This document shows positions 1-12,559 of a stretch of DNA of 64,000 nucleotides, piece after piece. Where the stretch lies: contig JANJGN010000036.1 in assembly GCA_026770705.1 (NCBI GenBank), positions 620,001-684,000 of the forward strand, in the 5' to 3' direction. The stretch is from Isurus oxyrinchus. Lineage: Eukaryota. Both the position numbers and the translations under genes were made by a program. Numbering within the stretch: the first letter of the stretch is position 1; each line of letters opens with the position of its first letter. The notes under the pieces were generated by a model. That model made no database searches. It was not told where the DNA came from and was given only the letters and a program-made list of their open reading frames with translations.

Positions 1-619
1 GGCTGTGCGATTCCAGGACTATCAAACTGGACGGGACCTACACCAACAGGAGTTACATAATTCTCTGGGGGAAACTCGAAGCAGCAGTGCTCTCTCTACT
101 TATGCCGTTCAAATCAACGCCAGTGAAAATCTTCCAAGTGAAAGTGTCTCATCTCATAGAGTTAGCTGTTAACAGTTGCCTCGTGCATTTAATGTGCAGC
201 CTATTTGTTAGTAATATCTCTTTGCACATTTGCACTCCCCCTTCAATATGTTCTCTTAATGTGTTCTGTTCCCTTAGTCCGCTCTGATGTATCTCATCAT
301 TTCAGTGTTTATCTTTCTGAATTCTTAAACCCATCTCTCTAGTTGAGATAAAAGCGCATGGAGAGAGATAAACCATTTCGATGTGACATTGATTAAATAA
401 AATGCCAATTTTCTGTTTACCACTTTCTCTCTCGATTCCTCAATGGCATTATCAGTATACCATCGAGGTACCAGCACCGATGCAGTGCATTCTTCCCTTT
501 GGTTCAGTGCTGGTGTTTCTGCTCCAAAAGAACCTCCTCCCGCCCCTCCTCATCTCACACCATCAACATAACCTTCTACTCCTTTCTCCCTCGTGTTTAT
601 ACAGTGTCGCACATCAATC

Positions 620-1150
620 CGTCTCTTTAAATCACCTGAACCACTCCCTGTGTGAACAATGTCCACATTCTCCCTGCTGTCTGATTAAAGAGGTTTCTCC
701 TGAATTCTTGATTGAATTTATTAGTGACTTTCTGATATTGCTGGCTTCTAATGCTGGTCTCCCCCAAAAAGTGCAAATACCTTCTCTGCTCCAGCCCAAA
801 AATCCCTTTCATAGTCTGAAAGCTCTTGATCAGGTCACTCCACAGTCTTCTCTTTTCTCGAAATAAAGAAGACAGCCTCTTCAAACTTTCCTGACTGTTA
901 TAACCTCTCTGTTCTGGTAACATTCCAGCAAACATTCTCTTTATCACACCTTCCCATGTGCCTCTATATTCTTTTTCCGTTATGCAGGCCAGGATAATTC
1001 ACAGGATTCCATGTGCGGCCTGGCTATGTTTTGATATACCTTAATGTCGCCTTTCTTCTTTTCATTGCTGGGCCTGCTTTTTATCACCTTATTCACCTCT
1101 TGTCACTACTTTCAATGATTTTTGTCTTATACCTCAGAGCCGTCTGCTCT
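620..1150 (-). mobile_element. CR1 LINE 3' fragment
   Basis: Minus-strand translation (RMFAGM...RLSSLFREKRRLWSDLI...FRRNLFNQTAGRMW) resembles the CR1 ORF2 C-terminus; degenerate. Confidence 0.55.
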
Positions 1151-1621
1151 TCTATTCAACTTAAACGCTTATTTTCCAGTGAGTGTGTCGCCCAAACCTT
1201 ATCACTATGCCTAATCCTGATCCCAATCCTTCTCCTTCCTAGCTAAACGGTCTCTATTTTACTTTTCATCAAAGACAAAAGAATGGAATCCGCTGGATGA
1301 TTATAAACTGGTTAGTCTTTCATGATTGGCGGAGAAACTCTTAGCATCAATTACTGTGCATGAAATTGGTGAGCGTTTCTAAATAGATGGGTCCGTTAAG
1401 GACACCCAGCACCAATTTGTGAACGTGCTAAACACATTTAATAGCGATTGTTCTTTCAAGAATTGTCCGAGTGCACAGTTAAAGATAATGCAGTAGATTG
1501 ACCATGCATGGAGTTCCAGAAGGTCTTCACGTGTTTTTGTTTTATAAATGTATTGCTCGCTTGCACCCGATCTTCATTATAACAATCCATCCATCCATCT
1601 ATCTAAGTATCTATCTGTGTA

Positions 1622-1886
1622 NNNNNNNNNNNNNNNNNNNNNNNNNNNNNNNNNNNNNNNNNNNNNNNNNNNNNNNNNNNNNNNNNNNNNNNNNNNNNNN
1701 NNNNNNNNNNNNNNNNNNNNNNNNNNNNNNNNNNNNNNNNNNNNNNNNNNNNNNNNNNNNNNNNNNNNNNNNNNNNNNNNNNNNNNNNNNNNNNNNNNNN
1801 NNNNNNNNNNNNNNNNNNNNNNNNNNNNNNNNNNNNNNNNNNNNNNNNNNNNNNNNNNNNNNNNNNNNNNNNNNNNNNNNNNNNNN
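1622..1886. other. assembly gap (N run)
   Basis: Run of N flanked by TCCA/TCTA microsatellite. Confidence 1.
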
Positions 1887-3439
1887 CCATCCGTCACTGT
1901 CTCTCTATCATTCTGTCACAAGCTGCCTTTGTGACTGTCTCTCTCCATCTAACCATCCATCTACCTTCAAATTTGTAAATTTGCTTTGCTTGTCTAATAA
2001 ATGTCGATTTTCTAAAGTATGCTTGGTGATTTTGGTGACAGTGTCAAGACTGACATTTATTGCCCATTCCAAGCTGCACTTTGTAGGGTGCTGGATCTCC
2101 TTGAAGCTTATGCAAGAGTCAAAAGACTCCGGTTGCTGGATTTCTTCTGAAATACAATGTCATTTTAAAATTTTTGCTTCCTACCACCTGAAGTTCCCAC
2201 TTTCCAGGAATTCGTCCGTGGCGGGATTCTCCTTCGGGTGGATGGTTCTTGTGGCCAGGTAAAGGAATTCCAGGAACCGGCAGTCAGGGAGAGATTATAG
2301 AGAGAAGCTGTAACTCCGCGACACTCTCAATGCATCCATTAATCACTGGGGTTTTGGCATTTTCAGCTGTTTGAATGTGAACTGAGGTCATTTCGACTAA
2401 GTTTAAATTTCACTTTCTAAAAGGCAGCCTGAACAGTGATGCGGCACTGACACATTCCAGAGCAACGACACAAGAAAATGCGGTAACTATGCTTGGAATT
2501 GTTTCCTAACATGTGTATATACATTTCACTGAATTTTAAGCTAAGGTTTAAAGTTCATTGTTAATGTCCTATGACTCTCGGAGATTTTGCATAGTGCACA
2601 TTGCAAGATAACACTGTTTACATGTGATATAATATTGTGACAATAGATGAAAAATACAGACAAGTGTTTAGTTGAATAAGTCAAAATTGAGATTGATAAG
2701 ATTTTGTTATGTAAAGGGTATTAACTGTGAGGAAACGAAAGAGAGGAGATTGCGTTAAGATACAGATCAGAAAAGACGTAATTGAAATGCATAACATGCT
2801 AGAAGGGCTGAATGGTCTCCTGATGGTGGTGTGGCTCAGGATAACTGTTTGCGTCTTCTCTTGCAGACTATGTTTGCCCAGCTGGCGTTTAATGTGGATC
2901 CTACAGTCTGATTGCAAATGTCAATGAGAGCTCAAGTTCTGCTCCCGGGCTGTGACGTGTAGTGGAAAGTTTCCTCTGTTGTGCCATTATTGAAGGGAAG
3001 CCTGGAGGTGTGACCATTGCCAAGAGGCAGCCATCACAAATTCTATTCCCGGCTGAATTCATATTTATTAATAACAATGAGCAATATAGCGCGCCGATTC
3101 ATCACCAACTGGAGAGCCTTCAATTCTGAAACAACAAGTTCCTTGTCAAGCCCAAATGGATTTCCGTAAATTTTAGTTTTGTGCTCAGGATCGATATATT
3201 TCCACTTTCTTGTGGTAGTGTTTTTCTGTTCATTGTGCATCTTTGTGTGGCGCTTGAGCAGGAAACAGCGAATCAGTGCCCAGGTTAGCAATCCATTAAA
3301 ACACATTTTGAAACCCAAGCATTGTCTTTAGGAATTCAGGATGTTTGATCTCTTAGTGCAGATGTGCTCCGTGAATCTGCAATGGCAGGTTACAGGACAA
3401 CGTGATAGACCAGATGTGTGCAGTTTAAAAGTGGGGCCA

Positions 3440-3900
3440 ATTCTACAAGAATGCGACCATAACTGAGATGTTCTGATTCCAGGGAAGATTGAACAGTCTG
3501 GGCCTCTTTTCTCGACAAAAAAGAAGACTGAGGGGCGACCTGATGACGATAATTAAAATTATGAAACGATTCGACACGTGGAGACAGAGAGAGAAAGTTT
3601 CTATTTGCAGGCAGAGCTAAAGTGAAGGCCAGGAACATTAGATTAGGCCAATAATTCCATCGGGGAATTCAGGAATTACTACTTTCTCGGGAGAAAGGAG
3701 AGAATGCCAAGCACACAACCACAGCGAGTGGCCAAGGTATATATCTCAGATACACTTAAGGGGGAAGCTGCATAATGAATAAAGAAATAAGAGGACATGT
3801 TGATGGGGTGAGATGTCGAGGGTGTTGGATGCAGCTCGTCTGAAGCAAAAACACCAGCAGGGGGCAGATGGGCTGAATGTCTTGTTTCTGCTCTGAATTT
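3440..3900 (+). mobile_element. CR1 LINE 3' fragment
   Basis: gaagattgaacagtctgggcctc...gaagactgaggggcgacctgat...gggctgaatg is a typical CR1 3' end; paralogous to about 46690-47120. Confidence 0.5.
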
Positions 3901-5106
3901 GAAAGCTATTTGCTCTGAAGAGTTTGCATCAATAAAAGAATTTCTTCGCGCTAAAAGAAATAGTTAAACGTGACAGTGGGATTCAAAGGATTTTTCACCA
4001 GGTGATCTGATATTTTTGCGTTACACCTTCAAGATTATAAACATTAAAAATTAAGGTTTGTGACCACTGCTTTTTAAGATAGACGTTACAACTTCAACAA
4101 ATCTTATTCACTGAGCAAGTGAAATCCCAAGTGAAGCTTGTCTTACTGATCCTTTTTGTCTATTTTTAAAACGAAGGGAAAACTTTTACGATACAGACAA
4201 GCTTTCTTTACTAATATCACAGAGCTTACTTATCCATGAAAGCAAACACACGCAGCTTCCTTTATAGAATATCACCATGTTCCCAGAAATGTATGAAAGC
4301 AGCATCCAGCTTCAGGTACAAACCTCCAGCCATTCACCTTGTTTCCCTATCACTTAATAAACTTCCGCCACAAAATGCATAATAGCTTCAACAGCTTTTT
4401 AGGGGAGAGAGTTCCAAATAACCACTCCACCTTCCACGGCAGCTCTTGCTTCAAAACACACTACACTCATTGGTAAATCTCTGACATTTAGGCTCAAATT
4501 TGAAAACAAATCAAAAGACACTGTGTAAAAGTGAAATTGAACTATGGCAAGTTTCCTGAATCACTGCTAGTGTCGCTCTCCCGCTTTGTTCTAATTCAGT
4601 AAATGATAGAATACATAACATCTCAGACAAAGAAACCCCCAGAGAATAACATCTGAAGCCAGGACTGATATTGTCAACTCAAGAGAAATTGTACTCTTAT
4701 CCAGATAACATTTAATTATAATTTAATTACTAATTAATACAAACCTTTGGTGCATCGTTTAAAGCAAGGAATAATTTATTTTATTTATGTGCAGACATTT
4801 GCCAAGAAATGAACGTCCTGTCAGTAACTGGAGTTACAGAATCAGCAGCAAAATTCCAGAGAAACTAAAGCAAGTCCTTAGTCTTCGCTTAACGTTTCTA
4901 TCACACTTGAGTTACTGGATAACGGTGGGATATCCTTAACAATACTCAAAATAACTTCTACATTTAGCAAAATGATCCAGCCCTTGAAGCTCTGGCGAGT
5001 GCACGGGGAAATGTAATTGTTTTATGGGAATGTCCTTGGCTCCACGTGGGTTCTTAGGCAAATCCTGCCAACTCCAAAATTCATCAGAGAGGAACAGACC
5101 GGATTG

Positions 5107-5187
5107 TCATCTGCGACTCGCCTTCTTTTTTGGCCTTTTACCCAATGCAGCCAAATCCAGGGAGGCGTAGATTGGTCCGCTTTGAAT
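5107..5187 (-). CDS. A1 terminal cytoplasmic exon with YASL tyrosine motif
   Basis: Acceptor ttgtctcccag, then IQSGPIYASLDL...RR-TGA; conserved at 49082-49162. Confidence 0.8.
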   Translation of the reverse strand: MQSGPIYASLDLAALGKRPKKKASRR

Positions 5188-8100
5188 CTGGGAGACAATT
5201 TAAATATTAATAGCGAAAAGCAGTTAAAAGATTAGTAAGATTACCCACTCCTGAAAGAAAGCTGTCCAGAAAACAGCCAGAAGGAAGATCCCCCGAGGTT
5301 GGAGAGCACACTACATCTCTGGTCTCACCAAGGAGAATGCTGAACTCGACTGGGAATATGTCTCCATGTGTGAATCTGACCCCTTCTCAGAGGAAACAAT
5401 ATCCACTAGTGAGAGGGTGATGGTAAATATCTCTGAAGAGCGTCAAAACACCTGGGATACTTTGATAGGGACAACAGGTCTTACAAAAAAACAACAAAAA
5501 TGCATGGTCTCTCATACGCAAACTTGGAGGAGATCCCAAGAAAGCTGCCCAACATCCAAATGTGTCTGCTAACCAAGTTGCACACCAGTTGCTCCTAAAT
5601 GCAAAAATCAACAAGACACAACCAAGAGCACAACTAGATAGGAAGAAGTACAGCGATGACTCTGGCTTCACTGGACCATTCACCATGGAAGAGCTGGAAA
5701 CTGGTCTATCTAGTCTAAAACACGGGAAAGCCATTGGTCTTGACAAAATAGCAACGGAGCAGATAAAGCATTTTGGACAGCAAGCAAAGAAATGGCTCCT
5801 ATAATTGTTCAACCACTGTCTGGAAGCACAAAAGCTACCTAATATTTTGCAGAAAGCACATGTATCAGCACTATTAAAGCCCGGAAATGAACTCTCAGAT
5901 CCTAAGAATTTTCTGCCAATTTCACTGCTTTGCCACACCAATAAGCTGTTTGGACGCTTGATACTCAATAGTATAGCGCCAAATGTAGATGAGAAGATCA
6001 TTCCAGAGCAAACAGGTTTCTGCCCCGGAAAATCAATAACAAACCAACTGCTCAACCTCAGACAACATATTGAAGATGGTTTTAAGCAAGGGATGGTAAC
6101 AGGCGCTGTTATTAAGCAAGAGATGGTAACAGGTGCTGTTATTGTAGACCTGTTAGCAGCATACGATACAATGAACCATAGACGTCTCCTCTGCAAGATC
6201 CTAGAGATGACAAAAGATATTCACCTAACAGAGCTGTTAGAAAGCCTGCTGCAGAATCGCCAGTTCTATGTTGAACTAGGTGGGAAGTGCAGCAGGTGGC
6301 GTATTCAGAAGAATGGTCTTCCTCAGGGAAGCGTGCTTGCACCGCTGCTGTACAACATCTACACGAATGACAAACCTATGGACAGTTTCACACGCCGGTT
6401 TATATGCTGATGACTTATGTGTCACTGCCCAAATCACTGATTTTAACACCGTGGAGAAAACGCTTTCTGAGGCCTTGGAAGGACCAAGCATCCTACTATG
6501 AAAAAAACTACCTCCGCACAAACCCATCAAAGATGCAGGTTTGTGCATTCCACCTCAGAAATTGTGAAGCCAAACGCCAGCTTATAGTAACCTGGTGTGG
6601 AGCAACACTGATGCATTGCGAGCACCCTATCTACTTAGGAATCACCCTTAACAGATGCCTCACCTTCAAGAACCACATCGAAAAGACAAAGAAAAAGGTG
6701 AGCGAATGGAAAAACATCCTGAATAAGCTCACTAACACAAAATGGGGAGCAAGATCGAAAACATTGCGAACCAGTGCACTTGCTCTTTGCTATTCCACTG
6801 CTGAATAAGCCTGCCCTGCATGGGAAAGATCTACTCATGCTAAGAAGATGGATGCCGTTCTGAATGCAAGCTGCCAACTTATCACAGGTTGTTTAAAACC
6901 AACAAACACCAACAGCCTATATATCCTGGCAGGTGTCGCTCTCACTGATATAAGAAGAATGGTAGCCAGCAAGAAAGAGCCACTCCGTCAAACATTAGAT
7001 GAGAGGCACCCTCTACATGGTCATACACCTACACTCAGCCGCCTAAAGTCCAGGAAGAGCTTCATGAACAGTGTTGTTCCATTCCACTCAACCCCATCTG
7101 AAGCCCGCATTGCCTTGTGAAAAGACCGGCTCGCCAGTCTCGAACAAAACCCAGAGATGGAAATTGTGCCAGATGAAAGCCTTCTCCCAGGAGCTAATTG
7201 CAACTGGGCAACCTGGAAGTGTCTTAACAGACTTAGGGCTGGTCTAAGTTGTTCAAAGGTGTTAGTAAGCAAATGGGGATATACAACCAGCCCGACAAAC
7301 TGTGAATGTGGAACTGAGCCACAGACTATGCAACATCTGCTGCAATGCCTATCGCTAAAGGAACCCTGAACTGTTGCAGATCTTGCCGAATTCAACAACA
7401 AGGCTCAAAAATGTGTCCAGTTCTGGCAGGGCCATGTATACACTGTCCGTGCACACGATAAGAAAGACCCACTCCTGAAACCACGTGTCACAGAATCATA
7501 GAATGATGCAGCACAGAAGGAGGTCGTTCCGCCCATTGTGTCTGTGCTAGCTCTTTGAAAGAGCTTTGCAATTAGCCCCACTGTACCCTGTTCTGACCCC
7601 TATCATTGTCATCGTTTCCCTGTTCCACTATTTTTATAATTCTGCAATGAAATTTGCTATTGAATCGGTATCCATTGCCCTGCACACCAACTTGGGGGAA
7701 GTTCTGCTTCGTTTGTATGTAAAAGAATTGTCTGAATTAATGTTCTGTAATGGAGCTGCAGAATTCGCAAATCAACTGGAAATCACCAAAGTTTAATCAG
7801 AAAATTGGGATGATGAGTCTATCAATTTGACTGAGTTCCTTTGCTGTTAATTGGCTTATCCAATTACTGTTTCTCACCATGTGCCATCTACGCAATTGAG
7901 TGGAGGCCACAGAATTCATCACATTCAGAAATATGACGCAAACACAATGAAAAGACTTGTGTTTATATAGCGCCTGTGACGAACGGAAGAAGCCCCAGAA
8001 CATTTACATCCACTTCCTGGAAGTGTAATCTCCGTTCTTAATGCAACAGGGCAGTGAATTTATGCACAGTAGGATCCCAAAACATCAATGATTTAATGAT

Positions 8101-8448
8101 CTAGATAATTTATTTTTAAGGCGCTAGTTGAGATATAAAATGTGAAACGGGACAACATGGGAACTCCCCCAACCTCGCATCCCTCATTCCCCCACCAACC
8201 CACCACTGCTGTTCTTGCACTAATGGCAGTGCCATCTTTTATGCCGACCTGAGTGTACTGAGAGGGCCTCGGTTTAATGTTTCAAGTGAATTCGGCAACT
8301 TAGACTGTGCAGCACTGTGTCCGGAGGTTCAGCCTAGTCTTTCTGCTCAAGACTCTGGACACACACACCACAGACACATAAACAGACGGACACTCACACA
8401 TCACAGGCACACACACACTCTCACACACACACCCACGCACACAAACAT

Positions 8449-8490
<42 letters not shown>

Positions 8491-11400
8491 TCTCCCCATA
8501 CTGACTCCTTCGCAGTCCATTTACAAGAGAAACACACTATAATTTACCTCACCCCGCCCCCCGCCCTCTGCCGGTTTGGTCTTATCTTCATTCTGATTAC
8601 ATTGGCTAATGTGTTTACTAAGTTGGTTGTGTCGGAGAAGGGAAAATGGTGGGAAAAGAGGGAGGGGGATTACGTTCACTGTGGAGATAAGAGAAAATAG
8701 CACAAACCTAAAATATGAACTATTGGAAATCCGCCCTTAAATGTGGTGGAGACACTCTACCTGGAAAATTACCATATCATTTCTATTATTGGATGGTTAG
8801 TGGGATTGGGGGATATTTTCTGATTCCAATTCTAGGGACGAGTGGGATTTTATACAAATTATTTCTGTACAAATTATTTTTATACAAAATTTATACCAAT
8901 CTAGATTCTGTGACCTGCTCTCTGATAAATGCGAGAAATATCTAACATGGGCAGCCTTGCACCTTATCCTGAGAAACACGCTTTGTATGTTATTACAACA
9001 ATTTCAAAAACCTCACCTGCATTGTATTCCGATGTGGCCTCTTTCCCTCAGTTTGACGGTGGTCATCTGTGTTATTAATGGTTAAGATATCAATTGAAAT
9101 GTTATCCCGGTCTGGCTGAGTCATAATTCTTAGATATATGCCGTGAGCCAATGATCTGCCAATGTACCAATGGCCGCAATACACTGTCGACTGTTCTGTC
9201 GAAGGGTCATGAGGACTCGAAATGTCAACTCTTTTCTTCTCCGCCAATGCTGCCAGACCTGCTGAGTTTTTCCAGGTAATTCTGTTTTTGCCGCAATACA
9301 CTGTTTGTTTCCAGGGCCCCAATCTACAGAAGGTCCCCGAATACGGGAAAGTTCCCTCAATACTTCAGTGGAGTGAAAATAGCCAGTGGATGGACAAACA
9401 CTATGTACCAACCATTCCTGGTGTCCATTGTCCACCCAGTATGCTACTGCCACCATTAATAAAATTGGCATTTTATATGCGACCCAGAGACAGCACACTG
9501 GTTGCGAACATTTTGATGGTGGGAAATGCCCTTATGCATCTTTCCAATTCCACCCACTTGATATTTAATCTGTGCCAACATTTCAATGTAACTTACCCAC
9601 CTGTCGCTCATTCTGCTTCTCTCTTTGCCTTCTCTCTCTCAAGTTAAACCTGGATGCAAAGAAAAATATCAACCACGTGTTATATTTTGCGAATACTGAT
9701 GGAGGTGCCAGAAAGAGGTGAGAAGAGAATGTCGAGTGGTCTTAGAATCAATCGTAAATGCTCACGGAAAATGACAGCATATAACATTGGAATCAATGTT
9801 GGGATTGAACTGGGTTAGACCTAGTGCTAAATGTAGAGAGAGCGTTCGTGATGAACTTTTCACATGGTTACGTTACTCACTTTTCATTGTGGGATCTCTT
9901 GTCTCGTTCTCCTGAAAGCAGAAAGTAATTTTGCAATTTAAAACTACGAGAAAGGAATCAGGTAGACAATCAATTGTTAAAATATCACTGATAAATATTA
10001 ATCCTGACCTGATCTGCTGCTTTTATGAATCCAAATGGAAATAAGGAGCAAGAGTAGAACCAGTATCACCAGGGCAGTTACGACAACAGAAAAGGCCAGA
10101 TCGCACCGCCCTACAGAGACATAACACTCAGAAATTGTTGCTCAGTCAAATCATCCTTTTCTGGAAATATCTGATGGGGAACGTGACCCAAAAGGAAGCC
10201 CAGAAGCAGTCTGTTCGGGCAATTGTGGCAGTGCAGGCTCTTTGAAAGCGGTAACTAATTAGCCCCATTCTCCCCCCTCTTGCCCCAATATTCCTCAAAG
10301 TGTCTTTCTATCAGGTAATTATCCAATTCCCCTTTTGAAAGTTAATTTTGAAACTGCTTCCACTGCGCTTTCAGGCAGCGCCTTCCAGCTCACATCAACT
10401 CACTGTGTAAAAAAAATCCCCTCATCTCCCCCTCTGGTTCCCTTCCCGACTCACTTTGATCTGTGTCTCCCCTGGATACCGACCCTCCTGCCCAGTGGAA
10501 ACAATTTCTCCTTGTTTACTCTACCAAAGCCCATCATGATTTTGAACGCCTCGTTTAAATCTCCGACTCAAACTTTTCTACTCTAAGGAGTACATTCCCA
10601 GTCGCTCCACATTAACTGAAGTCCCTCTTCCCTGGTCCAAATCCGGTAAATCTCCTGTACACCCTCCCCAAAAGATTTTTGGCTCTTTCCTGCTTGTTAA
10701 GTGCATCCAGTCTGGAACTGACCTCAATATCAATCCAAAATCCATTGCCTGAAATGGGTGGTTTATATGGACTCAACAATAACTTTCAGAAGAGAAATCA
10801 CATTCTAGCTTGAAGAGGAAAATGTGACAGTCTTGTGGAGGAAAGGGTGGATCCAATGGGATAACTCTTCCAAAGAGATAGCACTAGCAAGATGGGCCGA
10901 AAGCCCTCTTCCGCATCTATAGTTCTAGGATTCTACGATGTGACGGAGAAATATAAGGCAAGTCCAGAAACTGTTTACAAGGACAAGTTAACACCTGAGG
11001 CTAAGGTAACCCTAACTAATTTTAACATATTTATTAAATAGGTATTTAAACCTCAATTTACAGCGTGCAAGTTCTAAGAATTAATGCATTTCTCCAATTG
11101 ACTCTGAAGTCGAATAAAAGCCTCCACTGAACAGATCGCCAACTCACCGGCCCCTGCCTCTGTTGCTTTGGGGAACGACAAACCTTTCGTCCAATATTTG
11201 CCTGGAGACCCCAGTTGAACAATACAAGTACAGGGTCCGCCAATTCTGCAGGTTTCCCTCAACACCATGACGTGACTTCTGATGCTGTAGGTCCCGTCCG
11301 CCTCCATTGTACCGGGATCGCTCGGTCCCTCGGTGACCAGGCCGGAAATATTCCAGAAAATAACAATCTGGTTGGAAGAAACTCCACTGACCAAACACAC

Positions 11401-12222
11401 TAAGGGGACGGTTTCATTCAAATGCAACTCACCAGGCGGAACAAACACCCGCACAGCCGTCTTGTTGGTGGAACTGTCTGGACAGAGATTGGGACACAGT
11501 TAACGATTAACTTGCACCAAATGATAACGCTGTGCATGATCTGAATTCATTTCGCTTGCTCTCTTACCTCCAACCAGTAGTGTGGGACAATTCTGGATCG
11601 CTTCATAGCCATCCTTATCAGCACAGTAATAGGAACCTGAGTCATTCACCTGGACATTGCGAATTTCCAGCATCAACACATTTTCGCTATGGCCTTCTTT
11701 GGAAATAAACTTACAATTGTCGCCCTGACAGGACTGGCTGTCGATTAGTTTCGGGGCTTCACTCACACGTTGTTTGTACCAGAAATAGCGAGACACCGAT
11801 TCCAATTCGGAAATGCAGTGACAGGTTAATTTCACCGTCTCTCCGACTTTAGCTGTCATTATGAAGGGGCCCTGAGACAGAGAGGGCTCGGGTTCTGTAA
11901 CTAGAGAGATTAATGTTACATTACTATTGGTTAATGGGAGATTGAAAGCAGCCGCTTTGAAAGTCTTCGCCTGTAATTTTACAAGTTACATCATTGTCTT
12001 TATTTATTGGTGGTTAGATTAAGTCTCCAATTTGATTCTCTCCCTTTCTCAGAGGAACGAATAAATAAACCCACATCAACATGTGAATTCCTTTCAACTG
12101 ACCACTGGGTCACATTTTCAGCTTTATAAACATTGAATCTAGTATAAAATTTTCACCCGTCTCTTACCATAAACCCGCAGCACTTGGAAAATAAGCATCA
12201 GAAATAAAGATTCCTTGGTCAT
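5107..12222 (-). CDS. A1: non-rearranging V-C1 type I membrane IgSF receptor, A chain (PRARP/VJ-C1-like), 344 aa, 8 exons
   Basis: Exons: 12222-12168 leader (MTKESLFLMLIFQVLRVY), 11900-11568 V, 11477-11148 C1, 10110-10009 TM (GRCDLAFSVVVTALVILVLLLLLISIWIHKSSRS), 9911-9881, 9649-9597, 9066-9017, 5187-5107 ([26 protein letters not shown]). All introns are GT-AG with compatible phases (1,1,1,1,2,1,0). Total 1035 nt, open. Every exon is mirrored in A3. Confidence 0.85.
5257..7466 (+). mobile_element. 5'-truncated non-LTR retrotransposon (I/Jockey group, Vingi-like), decayed ORF2 RT plus C-terminal CCHC finger
   Basis: Contains PISLLCH, EQTGF, DLLAAYDT, GLPQGSVLAPLLYNIY, YADD (frameshifted), TLRTSALALCYSTAE and CECGTEPQTMQHLLQC, with stops and frameshifts. 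14-bp TSD acccactcctgaaa at 5243-5256 and 7467-7480; the paralogous site near 49215 is empty. Clade assignment is from recalled motifs. Confidence 0.85.
8361..8488. repeat. (CA)n microsatellite
   Basis: Imperfect then perfect CA run; the paralogous tract is expanded at 50175-50640. Confidence 0.95.
9188..9289. mobile_element. short insertion of a shark Penelope-like terminal repeat with 15-bp TSD
   Basis: gactcgaaatgtcaactc...gctgccagacctgctgagtttttccagg flanked by gccgcaatacactgt at 9173-9187 and 9290-9304; absent from the A3 intron. Confidence 0.7.
10009..10110 (-). CDS. A1 connecting peptide (Cys) and transmembrane exon
   Basis: Phase 1/1 exon of 102 nt encoding GRCD, a 24-residue uncharged hydrophobic stretch, then HKSSRS. 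Confidence 0.85.
11148..11477 (-). CDS. A1 C1-set Ig domain exon
   Basis: VFVPP...LVCLVSG...IFWNISG...DGTYSIRSHV...CTCIVQ; AG/GT boundaries; 330 nt. Confidence 0.9.
11568..11900 (-). CDS. A1 V-set Ig domain exon (G strand included, degenerate J)
   Basis: LTC, FWYKQ, APKLI, DSGSYYCA, then IQNCPTLLVG before the donor; 333 nt. Confidence 0.9.
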
Positions 12223-12527
12223 CTTGACGCGGTGATATCTCCCTTTTTCCGCTCTGATCAGTTTGTTTCTGCAGGCGGAGTGGCCGCAGGCTGATTGGTG
12301 CCGAGTCTCAGAGAGTTGCTCCTCTTTCAGATGCGGTGGAATCTATGACGAGTTATGCTGTGGAAAGTATGACACATTTTGGGTGCGCTGTCCTGGTGAA
12401 TGTCACATACATTTGTCATACTGTGGCCACCGTCTGTGCTTCACAGCAGTCAAGTCTGTCCAAAAAGAGCTTTGCCGGGTTATAGTTCGGGTGGTGGGGG
12501 GTACTATGGGTAATAGAATGATTTGTT

Positions 12528-12559
<32 letters not shown>

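Larger units (their letters stand above)
1..2911 (+). pseudogene. C-type V-C1 IgSF receptor pseudogene, cassette 1 (3' part: end of C1 exon, decayed TM exon, cytoplasmic exons)
   Basis: Bases 1-161 align with the B-type C1 exon end (DGTYTNRSY...AVQINASENLPSESVSSHR). They carry a 1-nt frameshift, lack the F-strand Cys, and the donor is changed to TTAG. A degenerate TM exon lies at about 2180-2287, a cytoplasmic exon at about 2424-2482, and the terminal exon at 2867-2911 (TMFAQLAFNVDPTV*). The region is homologous to 42465-46146. Confidence 0.75.

Noticed and set aside
1498-2262. Long ORFs containing X runs (also near 26.5-27.1, 44.0-44.5 and 49.5-49.9 kb)
   Set aside because: They are artefacts of N gaps.
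5387-6196. 269-aa minus-strand ORF
   Set aside because: It is the antisense shadow of the LINE ORF2.
8848-8895. Short 15-bp tandem repeat
   Set aside because: Simple slippage in an intron with no spacers; not CRISPR-like or conserved.
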